In this document: piece by piece, positions 8,438 through 17,812 of the stretch
Layout of the letters: every line of letters starts with the position of its first letter
How positions within the stretch are numbered: the stretch's first letter is position 1
DNA from: Candidatus Parcubacteria bacterium
GTDB lineage: Bacteria; Patescibacteriota; Minisyncoccia; Phycocordibacterales; PALSA-1337
Assembly: GCA_039799225.1 (NCBI GenBank)
Contig: JBDLTF010000007.1
Location: 1-41,012 of the forward strand
Direction of reading: 5' to 3'
Length of the DNA stretch: 41,012 nucleotides
Translations under genes and position numbers: made by a program
Notes under the pieces: generated by a model
Databases searched by the model: none
What the model was told of the DNA's origin: nothing
The model's input: the letters and a program-made list of their open reading frames with translations, nothing else

Positions 8438-9493
8438 TTATTCTACTTTTCTACCAGTTGCAGTTCTGTATATCTCGAGAAGCGAGAAGAGGAACGCGAG
8501 GATAATAGGACCGAGCACAAACCCGACAGGGCCGAAGAATGAGAGGCCTCCCAAGACTGAGATAAGGACCATGAATGAGTGAACCTTAATCGTCCTGTTC
8601 ATGAAGATTGGACCGAGGAAGTTGTCGATGAGACCGACTGCAAGCAAGCCCCAGATAAGGAGGCCTATAGCAGGATTGGTCATGCCGACCAAGAAGAGGT
8701 ATGCGATACCAGGGATGATGACCAATGATGTTCCGACACCAGGAATGAGCGCGGCGATAGCTGCGACGAATCCCCAGAGAGCCGGGCTTGGTACTCCGAA
8801 TATCCAGAAACCAATACCAACCAAGATACCCTGTATGACCCCGACAAGAATAGAGCCAGCGAATATAGCATAGATAGCGCGCTGCATCTTACGCATAATC
8901 TTCTCATCATCAGCGTCGCCGAGTGGTGAAAGTGCGATAATCTGGCGCTTGAGCTCACGACCGTCACGCAAGAAGTAGAAGAGAGCCAACAGCATGATGA
9001 ATCCATTGAACGCCATAAGGGCGACACTCGTGAAGACGCTGTCGAGATTTGTAAATGCCCACTCGAGTCCCCTCTTGAGAACAGCAGTGATATTGAGCGT
9101 ATCGAACGCATAATCAGGATAAATACTATATATCTTGAGTGTCAGCACATCCGACAATGAATTAAGACTGCTGATGAACTGTGAACGGCCTCCCTCATCA
9201 ATGAGATAGGCATACATGGTCTGGATTTCAGAGTATATCTTACCGATGATCAAGAGAGCTGGTACGAGAACAATAAGAGCAACGAGGAACAAAGTTACAA
9301 ATGCGGCTGCGCTTGAACGCTCACGATCCTTGAAGAGCTTGGACTGCACCTTGCGATGGAGTGGTCCGAACACGACTGACAAAGCCGCCGCAAGGACGAT
9401 CGGGGTGAGGAATGGCAAGAACATGAGTACTGCCAACGTGAGAACGGCGAAGAGGAGGCCGTAAAAGAAGTAATTAGGAGTTCCATTTATCAT
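8438..9493 (-). CDS. AI-2E family (UPF0118/PerM-like) transporter
   Basis: Multi-TM, 351 aa. FYFLRDG, ALIPGVG, IDNFLGP and GGLSFFGPVGFVLGP motifs. Confidence 0.9.
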   Translation of the reverse strand: MINGTPNYFFYGLLFAVLTLAVLMFLPFLTPIVLAAALSVVFGPLHRKVQSKLFKDRERSSAAAFVTLFLVALIVLVPALLIIGKIYSEIQTMYAYLIDEGGRSQFISSLNSLSDVLTLKIYSIYPDYAFDTLNITAVLKRGLEWAFTNLDSVFTSVALMAFNGFIMLLALFYFLRDGRELKRQIIALSPLGDADDEKIMRKMQRAIYAIFAGSILVGVIQGILVGIGFWIFGVPSPALWGFVAAIAALIPGVGTSLVIIPGIAYLFLVGMTNPAIGLLIWGLLAVGLIDNFLGPIFMNRTIKVHSFMVLISVLGGLSFFGPVGFVLGPIILAFLFSLLEIYRTATGRKVE

Positions 9494-9566
9494 GGCCTCA
9501 CTGTACCATGGTTATACAATAAAGGAAAGAAAACCTCCTAATCCGTGTGGAATTTGTTGTTTATAT

Positions 9567-10061
9567 TTAAATACTTGAAACCTCAACGAGCTTTTCTTCG
9601 ATGATTTTTGCGGAATATTCCGGTGTAGATGGCTTATCGAAAAGGAACCTTCCTTTGAATTTCTTGCCTTGCAACACCATCGGCAACCAGTAACGATCGT
9701 CCGACCACATATTGTCATACGGTATCTTGTCCTGATCGAACCACTGTGGCCTCATCTCGTCGCTCTCAACTGGTTCACCTGAGAATGTAGTAGCACTAAA
9801 GATGTGAACCTCCATAACTTTGGGATCATTCTGGAATTCAAATTCAAGTATACCGACCTTCTGAATATCCAAAGGGTTGACTCCTGCTTCTTCACGCACT
9901 TCCCTGGCTGCAGCAGCATCGATCTCCTCTCCTGGCTCAACTTTGCCACCAAACCCATTCCAGTTACCTGCGCCGAAACCTATCTTCTTCATACCAAGAA
10001 GAATCCTTCCATCCTGATGAATCATACAAAGCGTAAAGAGTTTTCTTGGTTTTGGTTCCAT
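9567..10061 (-). CDS. NUDIX hydrolase, MTH1/NUDT1-like oxidized purine nucleotide triphosphatase
   Basis: ILLGMKKIGFGAGNWNGFGGKVEPGEEIDAAAAREVREEAG (Nudix box) and ESDEMRPQWF..IP..MWSDDRYW. Confidence 0.88.
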   Translation of the reverse strand: MEPKPRKLFTLCMIHQDGRILLGMKKIGFGAGNWNGFGGKVEPGEEIDAAAAREVREEAGVNPLDIQKVGILEFEFQNDPKVMEVHIFSATTFSGEPVESDEMRPQWFDQDKIPYDNMWSDDRYWLPMVLQGKKFKGRFLFDKPSTPEYSAKIIEEKLVEVSSI

Positions 10062-10074
10062 AATAATGGTCGAA

Positions 10075-10299
10075 TTATTCTATAAAAGTAAACCGAAAGA
10101 CATTTTTGCCATTCACTTCGACTTCACCTAGAAACATACTGAGCGGTCTCACCCAAACTTTCGAAATCTTATTTTCATACAATGCCTCATATATCACCAT
10201 TTCCTCCAATGTCTCACTGTGTTTCGCGACGCCAACAACCCGATACTCGCCACCTTTGTAATGCCTGTATTTACCGAGCTTTACGAGGTTATTCTCCAT
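10075..10299 (-). CDS. DUF1653 family protein
   Basis: [33 protein letters not shown]...WVRPLSMF. Start ATG 10299 overlaps the end of secA. Confidence 0.88.
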   Translation of the reverse strand: MENNLVKLGKYRHYKGGEYRVVGVAKHSETLEEMVIYEALYENKISKVWVRPLSMFLGEVEVNGKNVFRFTFIE

Positions 10300-12796
10300 G
10301 ACACTTCTTATATTTCTTGCCAGATCCACATGGGCACAAATCATTCCTGCCAACTTCAGGTTCTTTTTTCTCTGTAGATTGTGCCTTACTCGAACCATCC
10401 CCTGCTCCGATGATTGATGCATTCTCATGAACTTCTGTGAGATTCTTTTGTTCCTGTACAGCCGGAGCACCGTTGGTAACTGGCACCACATGAGGAATAA
10501 CTTTGACGACCTGAGCACTCATAGCAGCCTGCATCTCCCTGAAGAGTCTCAAACCTTCCTTCTTGTATTCAACAAGTGGATCACGCTGACCATATGCACG
10601 GAGATTGACGCTCGAACGGGTATAATCCATAACTTCGAGGTGCTCGACCCAGTACATATCAATAGCCTGGAGAAGTACCATACGGACCGCGTTGATGAAC
10701 ATGTCGCGACCAAACTCAGCAATCTTCTTGGCTATAACCTCATCAAGAGAATCGTCACCAATCAAATCCTTGAGTTCTACCTCTACTTCATCGACAGTTC
10801 CGAGCAATATCTTCCTGCGGCGACCATAGATACTCTTTCTCTGTGTGTTGATGACATCGTCAAATTCAAGGACGTGTTTGCGTGAATCAAAATTGAAACC
10901 TTCGATCTTCTCCTGAGCACTCTCGAGAGAATGCGAGATGAGCTTGTGCTCAATCGGCTCATCCTCAGCAACGCCAAGCTTGCCCATCATAGACTTGAGC
11001 ATATCGGAAGCGAAGACGCGCATGAGTGTATCTTCGAGGGATACGAAGAATTGAGTCTCACCAGAATCTCCCTGACGACCTGAACGACCGCGGAGCTGGT
11101 TGTCGATGCGGCGTGCCTCGTGACGTTCAGTACCGATAACGAAGAGACCACCAAGGGATTTGACCTCAGCGAAGCTCTCAGGAGTACTTGGATTGCCTCC
11201 AAGCTTGATGTCGACACCACGACCCGCCATGTTGGTGGCGATAGTAACAGCTCCCTTCTTGCCGGCCTGAGCGATAATCTCTCCTTCCTTCTCGTGGTTC
11301 TTGGCGTTGAGGACCTGGTGCGGAATGCCTTCGGCCTTCAAGAACTGAGAGAGGACCTCGTTCTTCTCAATAGAAACTGTACCGATGAGTACTGGCTGAC
11401 CCTTGTCATGAACGGCTTTGACCGCACGAGCGAGAGCCTTGAATTTACCGATCTCTGTTCTGAAGATCTGATCGTTGCGATCGATACGCACTGGCTTATT
11501 GTTGGTCGGAATAACAGATACCTCGAGACCGTACACCTTGAAGAATTCCTCTGCAGAAGTTGCGGCGGTTCCGGTCATTCCTGCTATCTTCTGATACATA
11601 CGGAAGAAGTTCTGGAATGTAACTGATGCATAGGTACGAGATTCCTGCTGGATGCTAACTCCCTCCTTGGCCTCAATAGCTTGATGGAGACCATCTGACC
11701 AGCGGCGGCCTGGCTGCATGCGTCCGGTGAATTCATCGACGATGACAATCTGATTGTCCTTCACGACGTATTCCTTATCCTTGTGATAGAGAGCTGTCGC
11801 CTTGATAGCGGTCTCGAGGTGGTGAACAGACTTGATACCCTTGTCGGTATAGATATTGTCTATGTTGAGAGTCTTCTCGGCCTTGGTGATACCATCAGAT
11901 GTGAGTGAGATAGAGCGATGTTTCTCATCGACAGTATAGTCGGCATCCTTGGCGAAAGACTTCACCATCGTAGCGAACTGTCTATATATAGACTCGGCGT
12001 CGCGCGTAGGTGCAGAGATGATGAGTGGTGTGCGAGCCTCATCGATAAGGATAGAGTCTATCTCGTCGACGATGGCATAGTTGGGATCACGCTGACGAAG
12101 CTTGTCAGGCGCATACTCGAGGTTGTCGCGAAGATAGTCGAAGCCAAACTCATTGTTCGTACCATAGGTGATATCAGCAGCATACGCATCCTTGCGAGAT
12201 ACTGGGCGAAGGAATTCATGAACAACCTTGAACGCACCAAGCTGGTCACGCTCCTTGTCGAGCGGATCCTTCTCGACTGACTGTGGCTCATCTTTGTGGG
12301 CAGGATCGTAGATGAAAGAAGCTTCATTGTTGAGTACACCGACAGTAAGTCCGAGGAATGAATAAATCTGACCCATCCATACCGCGTCACGGCGAGAGAG
12401 ATAATCGTTAACAGTGACGACGTGAACACCCTTCTCGGTGAGTGCATTGAGATATGCAGGGAGAGTAGCGACGAGCGTCTTACCTTCTCCAGTCCTCATC
12501 TCTGCGATACCGCCAGAATTGAGCACCATGCCGCCAAGAAGCTGTACATCGAAGTGGCGCTGACCGAGCGTGCGGCGAGAAGCCTCACGGACGACCGCAA
12601 ATGCTTCTGGCAATATATCATCGAGAGTCTTCCCTTCGGCGAGGACCTTCTTGAATTCGTTGGTCTTGGCACGAAGAGCGTCATCAGAGAGTGTCTTGAG
12701 AGCCTCTTCGAAGGCGTTTATACGTACGACGATAGGCTCGAATGCCTTCACATTCTTGGTGTGGGAACGGTTAAATATGTTGGAAAATATGGCCAT
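10289..12796 (-). CDS. secA: Preprotein translocase ATPase SecA
   Basis: [54 protein letters not shown]-terminal [22 protein letters not shown]. Start set to ATG 12796. Confidence 0.98.
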   Translation of the reverse strand: MAIFSNIFNRSHTKNVKAFEPIVVRINAFEEALKTLSDDALRAKTNEFKKVLAEGKTLDDILPEAFAVVREASRRTLGQRHFDVQLLGGMVLNSGGIAEMRTGEGKTLVATLPAYLNALTEKGVHVVTVNDYLSRRDAVWMGQIYSFLGLTVGVLNNEASFIYDPAHKDEPQSVEKDPLDKERDQLGAFKVVHEFLRPVSRKDAYAADITYGTNNEFGFDYLRDNLEYAPDKLRQRDPNYAIVDEIDSILIDEARTPLIISAPTRDAESIYRQFATMVKSFAKDADYTVDEKHRSISLTSDGITKAEKTLNIDNIYTDKGIKSVHHLETAIKATALYHKDKEYVVKDNQIVIVDEFTGRMQPGRRWSDGLHQAIEAKEGVSIQQESRTYASVTFQNFFRMYQKIAGMTGTAATSAEEFFKVYGLEVSVIPTNNKPVRIDRNDQIFRTEIGKFKALARAVKAVHDKGQPVLIGTVSIEKNEVLSQFLKAEGIPHQVLNAKNHEKEGEIIAQAGKKGAVTIATNMAGRGVDIKLGGNPSTPESFAEVKSLGGLFVIGTERHEARRIDNQLRGRSGRQGDSGETQFFVSLEDTLMRVFASDMLKSMMGKLGVAEDEPIEHKLISHSLESAQEKIEGFNFDSRKHVLEFDDVINTQRKSIYGRRRKILLGTVDEVEVELKDLIGDDSLDEVIAKKIAEFGRDMFINAVRMVLLQAIDMYWVEHLEVMDYTRSSVNLRAYGQRDPLVEYKKEGLRLFREMQAAMSAQVVKVIPHVVPVTNGAPAVQEQKNLTEVHENASIIGAGDGSSKAQSTEKKEPEVGRNDLCPCGSGKKYKKCHGE

Positions 12797-12831
12797 ATAA
12801 GTAGATGGCACTGTAGCATATTTAGAGCAAT

Positions 12832-12865
12832 AAAAAAACCACATTCGCCCTTTGACGTATGTGGT
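12832..12865 (-). terminator. Probable intrinsic terminator after the orphan ORF
   Basis: Minus strand accacat-acgtcaaagggcga-atgtggt followed by a T run. Confidence 0.5.
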
Positions 12866-12896
12866 GTGAATTGTAATCCGCTATGAGAGAAGTCAC

Positions 12897-13718
12897 TCAG
12901 GTGGTGCACTCAAGTTCTTCTTCACGGCCTCGGATAGTCTCCCGCAAACCAAAATTTAGGATACGAACCCTGTAGTATGGCGGAGCCGAAAGAAACATTT
13001 TTGCGACAATTTCATTCACCAGATAATCGTGCAGTGTCTTAGGATAATCTATGGCTCTTTTCAACTCCGTGTGAAGATGATCTGACATACTCGGCATCAG
13101 AGAGAGCATATCAGAGGAGCCGCGACCCTCAATCCACAAACTGGATTCGAAAACCCTAGAGAGGCCCGTTGAAAGCCGGCTTCTACCCACAGAAGTTGTT
13201 AGGCACTCCCCTCCAATCCATAGTTCACCGCCCAAAACATAGCCAAGGAATTTAAGTGTTGCATTTAAACCTTCCTTCCTCGGAACATCCGCCGAACTCA
13301 CCGCTTCAAGGGCACCGACAGCTAAACCTTCGGCATGCTTGTCGTGCCGTGTGCAAGACTCACGTAAACCCTGCAGAATGCAAGCGATTTCATTTGGATA
13401 CATCACGGCAAACGCAGTGATTAGATCTGCGAGTTCGAGAGGTTGTGTAGTAACCGACTTCAGTGAAAGAACACTCATCCTCACCGCAGTAATCAACTCA
13501 ACCCCAGACAGAGTACCATTCGTAACAACGGGAACTGTGAGCTCGCGCAATCTCCTTGTATTCGAATCAGAATACGGTGCGTACTCCGTCAATAATTTTG
13601 CCGCCAACTGTTGCTTACTGGTTCGTAGTGGAAGATTGCGGCTCTTCCGGGCGCTTGTTCTTGTTTCTTTTTTCATCTCTACCTTTCCGGCCCTCTCGAG
13701 CCTCTGTTTTCTCCCCAC
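12897..13718 (-). CDS. Hypothetical protein, no recognisable domain
   Basis: 273-codon ORF filling the murB-secA gap. TTGACA-17-TAGGGT at 13822-13794 upstream and a hairpin downstream. Start uncertain (GTG 13718 or the later MKKETR ATG). Confidence 0.6.
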   Translation of the reverse strand: MGRKQRLERAGKVEMKKETRTSARKSRNLPLRTSKQQLAAKLLTEYAPYSDSNTRRLRELTVPVVTNGTLSGVELITAVRMSVLSLKSVTTQPLELADLITAFAVMYPNEIACILQGLRESCTRHDKHAEGLAVGALEAVSSADVPRKEGLNATLKFLGYVLGGELWIGGECLTTSVGRSRLSTGLSRVFESSLWIEGRGSSDMLSLMPSMSDHLHTELKRAIDYPKTLHDYLVNEIVAKMFLSAPPYYRVRILNFGLRETIRGREEELECTT

Positions 13719-13827
13719 TCGGGGTTATGGTTGACTCCTCTCGGAGCTGATGCTTCCTCATGGAAGTGATTTGCAACGAGCAAATCTATATTGACCCTAC
13801 GCTGTAAGGAGAGAGGTGTCAATCATA

Positions 13828-14841
13828 CTAATTCACCCACTCAACTTCACCCTCTATATCTATACCCGTCTTATCTTTGACCGTCTTCATAATATTGTGT
13901 GCCATCTTGACCACCTCTTCAGAGGTCGCTCCTGGCTTAGCTACAATCACCAGTGCTTGCTTATCATAGGTACACACATTGCCGACGCACCATCCTTTCA
14001 TGTTGCAGATCTTATCGAGAATCCACCCAAGAGAGACTTTCACAACATCATCACCTTCTGGATAGCCGGGGAGATCAGGATATTCCTTTTTGAGCCTTTC
14101 ATAGTGTTCAGTGCGAATAACCGGATTCTTGAAAAATGAACCAGCTGTGCCCCAGAGCTTCCAATCAGGAAGTTTATTCCAGCGGATATCAATGATTGCG
14201 TCGCGAACTTCTGTGAGTGACGGACTCACTATACCCTTCTTGCCGAAATACTCCTTCACATCCTTGTATTCAGTATTGACTGCACCATTCTTATTCAAGG
14301 CAAAGCTGACACGCGCGATAATGTAACGCCCTTTTTCATGCTTAAAAATACTGTCTCGATACGAGAAACCACAATCGGTAGCACTGATCTCAACGAATTT
14401 AAGTGCTTTGATATCGAAAACGTGTACAGAAGATATAGTCTCGGACGCTTCTGCGCCATATGCTCCAATATTTTGCACCGGCGCCGCACCTACTGTTCCT
14501 GGTATCGCAGATAGATTTTCTACACCGTAAAATCCCTTTTCGACCGTGTATTCGACGAAATCATCCCACTGTTCACCTGCTCCTGCTGAGAGAATGTTTC
14601 CCTGTTCTTCAATACCCATGATTTCTATTTTAATCACCAGACCATCGAATCCCTTGTCATTGATGAGCACATTTGACCCTCCACCGAGCACAAATATAGA
14701 AAGTTTTCGTTCGTGCGCAAAAGCGACTGCCTCACTAAGGTCAGCCTCATTTCCTATAGTACAGAAAAAACGCGCCGGCCCGCCGATCTTGAAGGTTGTA
14801 TGGGGGGCGAGCGATATATGCTCCTTTATAGTTAATGCCAT
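13828..14841 (-). CDS. murB: UDP-N-acetylenolpyruvoylglucosamine reductase
   Basis: HTTFKIGGPA, LGGGSNVL, IPGTVGAAPVQNIGAYG, FSYRDSIFK, GTAGSFFKNP, C-terminal EGEV. Confidence 0.96.
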   Translation of the reverse strand: MALTIKEHISLAPHTTFKIGGPARFFCTIGNEADLSEAVAFAHERKLSIFVLGGGSNVLINDKGFDGLVIKIEIMGIEEQGNILSAGAGEQWDDFVEYTVEKGFYGVENLSAIPGTVGAAPVQNIGAYGAEASETISSVHVFDIKALKFVEISATDCGFSYRDSIFKHEKGRYIIARVSFALNKNGAVNTEYKDVKEYFGKKGIVSPSLTEVRDAIIDIRWNKLPDWKLWGTAGSFFKNPVIRTEHYERLKKEYPDLPGYPEGDDVVKVSLGWILDKICNMKGWCVGNVCTYDKQALVIVAKPGATSEEVVKMAHNIMKTVKDKTGIDIEGEVEWVN

Positions 14842-14856
14842 AGGTTATGTTTTGCG

Positions 14857-14933
14857 CCGAGTGATGGCGACGGGTGCGAGCTCCAAATAAAATGTTTAAA
14901 TTTAATGTGAGTACAGCCGTCGCCGTCACTTGG
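14857..14933. repeat. Imperfect 17-bp inverted repeat just upstream of murB
   Basis: ccgagtgatggcgacgg (14857-14873) pairs with ccgtcgccgtcacttgg (14917-14933). Both mismatches are G-U pairs in plus-strand RNA. Confidence 0.7.
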
Positions 14934-14970
14934 TACAATCTAGCACCAGTATATCGTACCAAGCGTTTTT

Positions 14971-15084
14971 AAGACAAGGGAGCGTATGTGTGTTTTGTAC
15001 ATGTCATGCTTAGTTGATTAAATGAACCCCTGTTTTCAGTACGAAACATGACATGTACAAAACACACATACGCTCCCTTGTCTT
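14971..15084. repeat. Long palindrome 2: perfect 38-bp inverted repeat with a 38-nt spacer
   Basis: aagacaagggagcgtatgtgtgttttgtacatgtcatg (14971-15008) is the exact reverse complement of 15047-15084. Confidence 0.95.
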
Positions 15085-15091
15085 CCAGAAC

Positions 15092-15120
15092 GCAAAAGCC
15101 CGCCGAGGGCGGGACTTTGC
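15092..15120 (-). terminator. Intrinsic terminator downstream of the ligase-TPR gene
   Basis: gcaaaagcccgcc-ga-gggcgggactttgc GC-rich stem, with a T run on the minus strand. Confidence 0.7.
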
Positions 15121-15196
15121 GAAACATTTATTCTTGGAAGTCCCACACTTGGGTACTCACAAAGCAATTATATCACCTCCTTTTTAGGAATCAAGC

Positions 15197-17422
15197 TTAT
15201 TTCTTAACCTCCTTCATCTGCTTAATTGCGGCATCAATCTGATCTTTATACTCTGGATAATCCTTAATAATACTGAGAAGTGTCTGTTCAGCTGCCCATG
15301 TCATTCCTGCCAACTGTTGTACTTGAGCCATTTGTGCACGAAGCTCAACGCTCTTAGGGTCTGCTGCAACAAGTTTTTCGAAGATAGCTATAGCCTTCTG
15401 ATATTGCTTGAGGGACGCATATGCCTGTGCCATGCGTGCGGTCTGGAAGATTTCAGGGGAACCCTTGAATAACTCCTTAGCCTCCGCCTCTTTGCTATTC
15501 AAGACCAATATGATGGCATACGCGCTCTGAGCTTCTGGATATGAAGGCTCTGCCTCATAAGCTTCCTTAAGAGTTTTCACTGCATCATCAATCTTGTTTA
15601 CGTTAAGATACGCCGTTGCGAGCTGGAACAGAAGTGACTGCTTATTCGGAGTAAGCTGGCGCGCCTTCTCGAGAAGCGTGATTGCGTCGGCAAACTGACC
15701 AAGTCCGTTGAAGAATGATCCACCAATAATATACATACGTGCATCATTCGGAGCCGATGCAATCTGGTCGTTAATTCCTTTCACTGTTATCTCATAGAAC
15801 GCTTGCTTGGTAGGTCCAGGATAATTGCTATTGACGATACCTCCTGTACACGAGATCATCTGTTCACGAATCTCCTGCTCTGCCATCGTTGATCCGAGAG
15901 CAAGTGCATCTTCAAAAAGTTTTGGATCAGCTGCTCCAACTGAACGGTCTGCACATGCAGAAAGCGCATATATGAGACGTGTGTTCGCCTGTATCGGACG
16001 GACATTCACGAAATAGAGAGATGCGAGAAGACCGATTACTGCGACAGGTATCACAACATATTCGACCGAGTCAGGGCTGAAATACTTCTCTCCGATCCAC
16101 TTGTCTAGTTTGGAACGTCTCACGTGGTTAACGTGCACGATAGATCCAGCAAAGCCGAGCAGGGCGAAGAATGAGATGTAGCTCGCCAGGTTGTCGAACA
16201 CGAAGATATTGTGCACCGCGTATCCAGCGATAAGGCCAGTCAACACACTCTTCTCAGCAACAGTGAGTGAAGATCTCTTCCATATCGCAATAATAAGAAG
16301 AAGATAGAGTGACAAGTATGAAATCAAACCAACAAATCCAGATGCTACGAACCAGTCGAGGAAGACACTGTGCGCACGATCGAACCATTGCTCCTGCGAA
16401 TGCATCTTCGGATTGTAGTTTGCATTGAATATATAGTTGAAGTTCTCCTGTCCCCACCCGAAAATAGGTCGTTCAAGAGCACCCTTGATGGCCATCGGCC
16501 ACACATATCCACGGGCCTGGGTCTTATTCTCACTCCAAGAAATACTCGCTATACGATTCAAAACTGGACTCTTCTGTATAAACGAAGCATCGCGATTCAT
16601 CCAGAAGACGACGCCAAGGACGAGAATAACACCGAGTATGCTTGCTGACACGATTCGAGAGGTCTTCGCTTTCGCCTCACGAGCAAATACTGCATAGAGA
16701 GCAAGGGCGAGCATGATGCCGCCGATGAGTCCGAGGATAGTACCGCGCGTCTGAGTCTGGAATACGAGATATCCGAAGAAGACTGCAAGTACTGGATAGA
16801 CATATTTCAAAACATTCGCGTACTCAACTTCTTTGGCTCGAGCCGCCAAGAACATATATGCGGCGAGACCTGCATTCATGAGCATGTAGACAGCGAAGTA
16901 TGCAGCATTACCGAGCGAAGCGTCGAGACGAGTGCTTCCCTGATGTATCTCAGCCAAGCCGAAGATCTGGAAGACACCGTGAATAGCAGTATATAGAGCA
17001 ACAAGAAGCGATACATTGAACCAGTGATGCCAAAGTCTCCTACCATCTTCATGAGCACCGAATGAATGCACGGAAGCCATGAAGAACGCCCAGAGATGAA
17101 TGACCACCACCCACCCTTCCATACGCTCGAAGTTTGACCAGATACTGCGGAGCGGGTTGGCACCGAGAAGATCAGCGATAAGTGCAACAGATGCAAAAAG
17201 TGTCACCGCAATCGTGAGAGATGTAAGCTTCGGACGATACTTTGCATCCAAGAATGCGAGAACAACCCATCCGACGAATGCAATCTCTACCAATACGCGG
17301 AAATAGAATGCCTTACCGGTGATGAACGGAAAGAAAAAAGGATTAGCGACAATGACTGCGAAGAACGGGACAAGAAATAATGCGCCGAGCACTATGGAGC
17401 GTATAATTTTCTGGAGAGTCAT
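15197..17422 (-). CDS. O-antigen ligase / O-oligosaccharyltransferase (Wzy_C) family membrane protein with C-terminal TPR repeats
   Basis: About 12 hydrophobic segments. RLDASLGNAAYFA, TQTRGTILG, ERPIFGWGQENF, FDRAHSVFLD. Ala-rich TPR-like helices in roughly the last 180 aa. Confidence 0.88.
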   Translation of the reverse strand: MTLQKIIRSIVLGALFLVPFFAVIVANPFFFPFITGKAFYFRVLVEIAFVGWVVLAFLDAKYRPKLTSLTIAVTLFASVALIADLLGANPLRSIWSNFERMEGWVVVIHLWAFFMASVHSFGAHEDGRRLWHHWFNVSLLVALYTAIHGVFQIFGLAEIHQGSTRLDASLGNAAYFAVYMLMNAGLAAYMFLAARAKEVEYANVLKYVYPVLAVFFGYLVFQTQTRGTILGLIGGIMLALALYAVFAREAKAKTSRIVSASILGVILVLGVVFWMNRDASFIQKSPVLNRIASISWSENKTQARGYVWPMAIKGALERPIFGWGQENFNYIFNANYNPKMHSQEQWFDRAHSVFLDWFVASGFVGLISYLSLYLLLIIAIWKRSSLTVAEKSVLTGLIAGYAVHNIFVFDNLASYISFFALLGFAGSIVHVNHVRRSKLDKWIGEKYFSPDSVEYVVIPVAVIGLLASLYFVNVRPIQANTRLIYALSACADRSVGAADPKLFEDALALGSTMAEQEIREQMISCTGGIVNSNYPGPTKQAFYEITVKGINDQIASAPNDARMYIIGGSFFNGLGQFADAITLLEKARQLTPNKQSLLFQLATAYLNVNKIDDAVKTLKEAYEAEPSYPEAQSAYAIILVLNSKEAEAKELFKGSPEIFQTARMAQAYASLKQYQKAIAIFEKLVAADPKSVELRAQMAQVQQLAGMTWAAEQTLLSIIKDYPEYKDQIDAAIKQMKEVKK

Positions 17423-17518
17423 GGGATAAGGCTATTATTGCTTATTGATAGGTATCGGAAAATATACCATGCCACTATACAAAGCACCACGAACCCCGGT
17501 AATGGGTCATGAACCGAC

Positions 17519-17546
17519 TTGACACCTTTTGACACTTTGCTAGAAT
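17519..17546 (+). promoter_or_regulatory. Sigma70 promoter TTGACA-16-(TGc)TAGAAT containing a duplicated ttgacac at 10-bp spacing
   Basis: ttgacacctt|ttgacacttt at 17519-17538, TAGAAT at 17541-17546, ATG 6 nt later. Confidence 0.7.
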
Positions 17547-17552
17547 AGTCGT

Positions 17553-17801
17553 ATGACCAATGAAATCAAGTTCAACGGCGTATATACGACCGAGGAAACT
17601 CGTGATTTCTTGCGTGTGAGCGAGAGTACTATCAAGCGCATGCTCAAGAAAGGTCTTCTCCGTGCCAACAAGGTTGGTGGCCAGTACCGAATTCTTGGCA
17701 AAGAAATCCTCCGTGTCCTCTCCCCTGACCTCGAGAAGGAAGCTGTCGACTCATACCTCAAGCTCAAGAAGAAAGTCGTGAATAAGCTCAACAAGTGGTA
17801 A
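17553..17801 (+). CDS. Excisionase-family (HTH_17) DNA-binding protein heading the glycan export operon
   Basis: YTTEETRDFLRVSESTIKRMLKKGLLRANKVGGQYRILGKEI. Confidence 0.88.
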   Translation: MTNEIKFNGVYTTEETRDFLRVSESTIKRMLKKGLLRANKVGGQYRILGKEILRVLSPDLEKEAVDSYLKLKKKVVNKLNKW

Positions 17802-17812
17802 AATCTACTTTC

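Noticed and set aside
5766-15084. CRISPR array or full IS element explaining the long repeats
   Set aside because: These are single inverted repeats, not spaced direct repeats. No cas gene, transposase or target-site duplication was seen.
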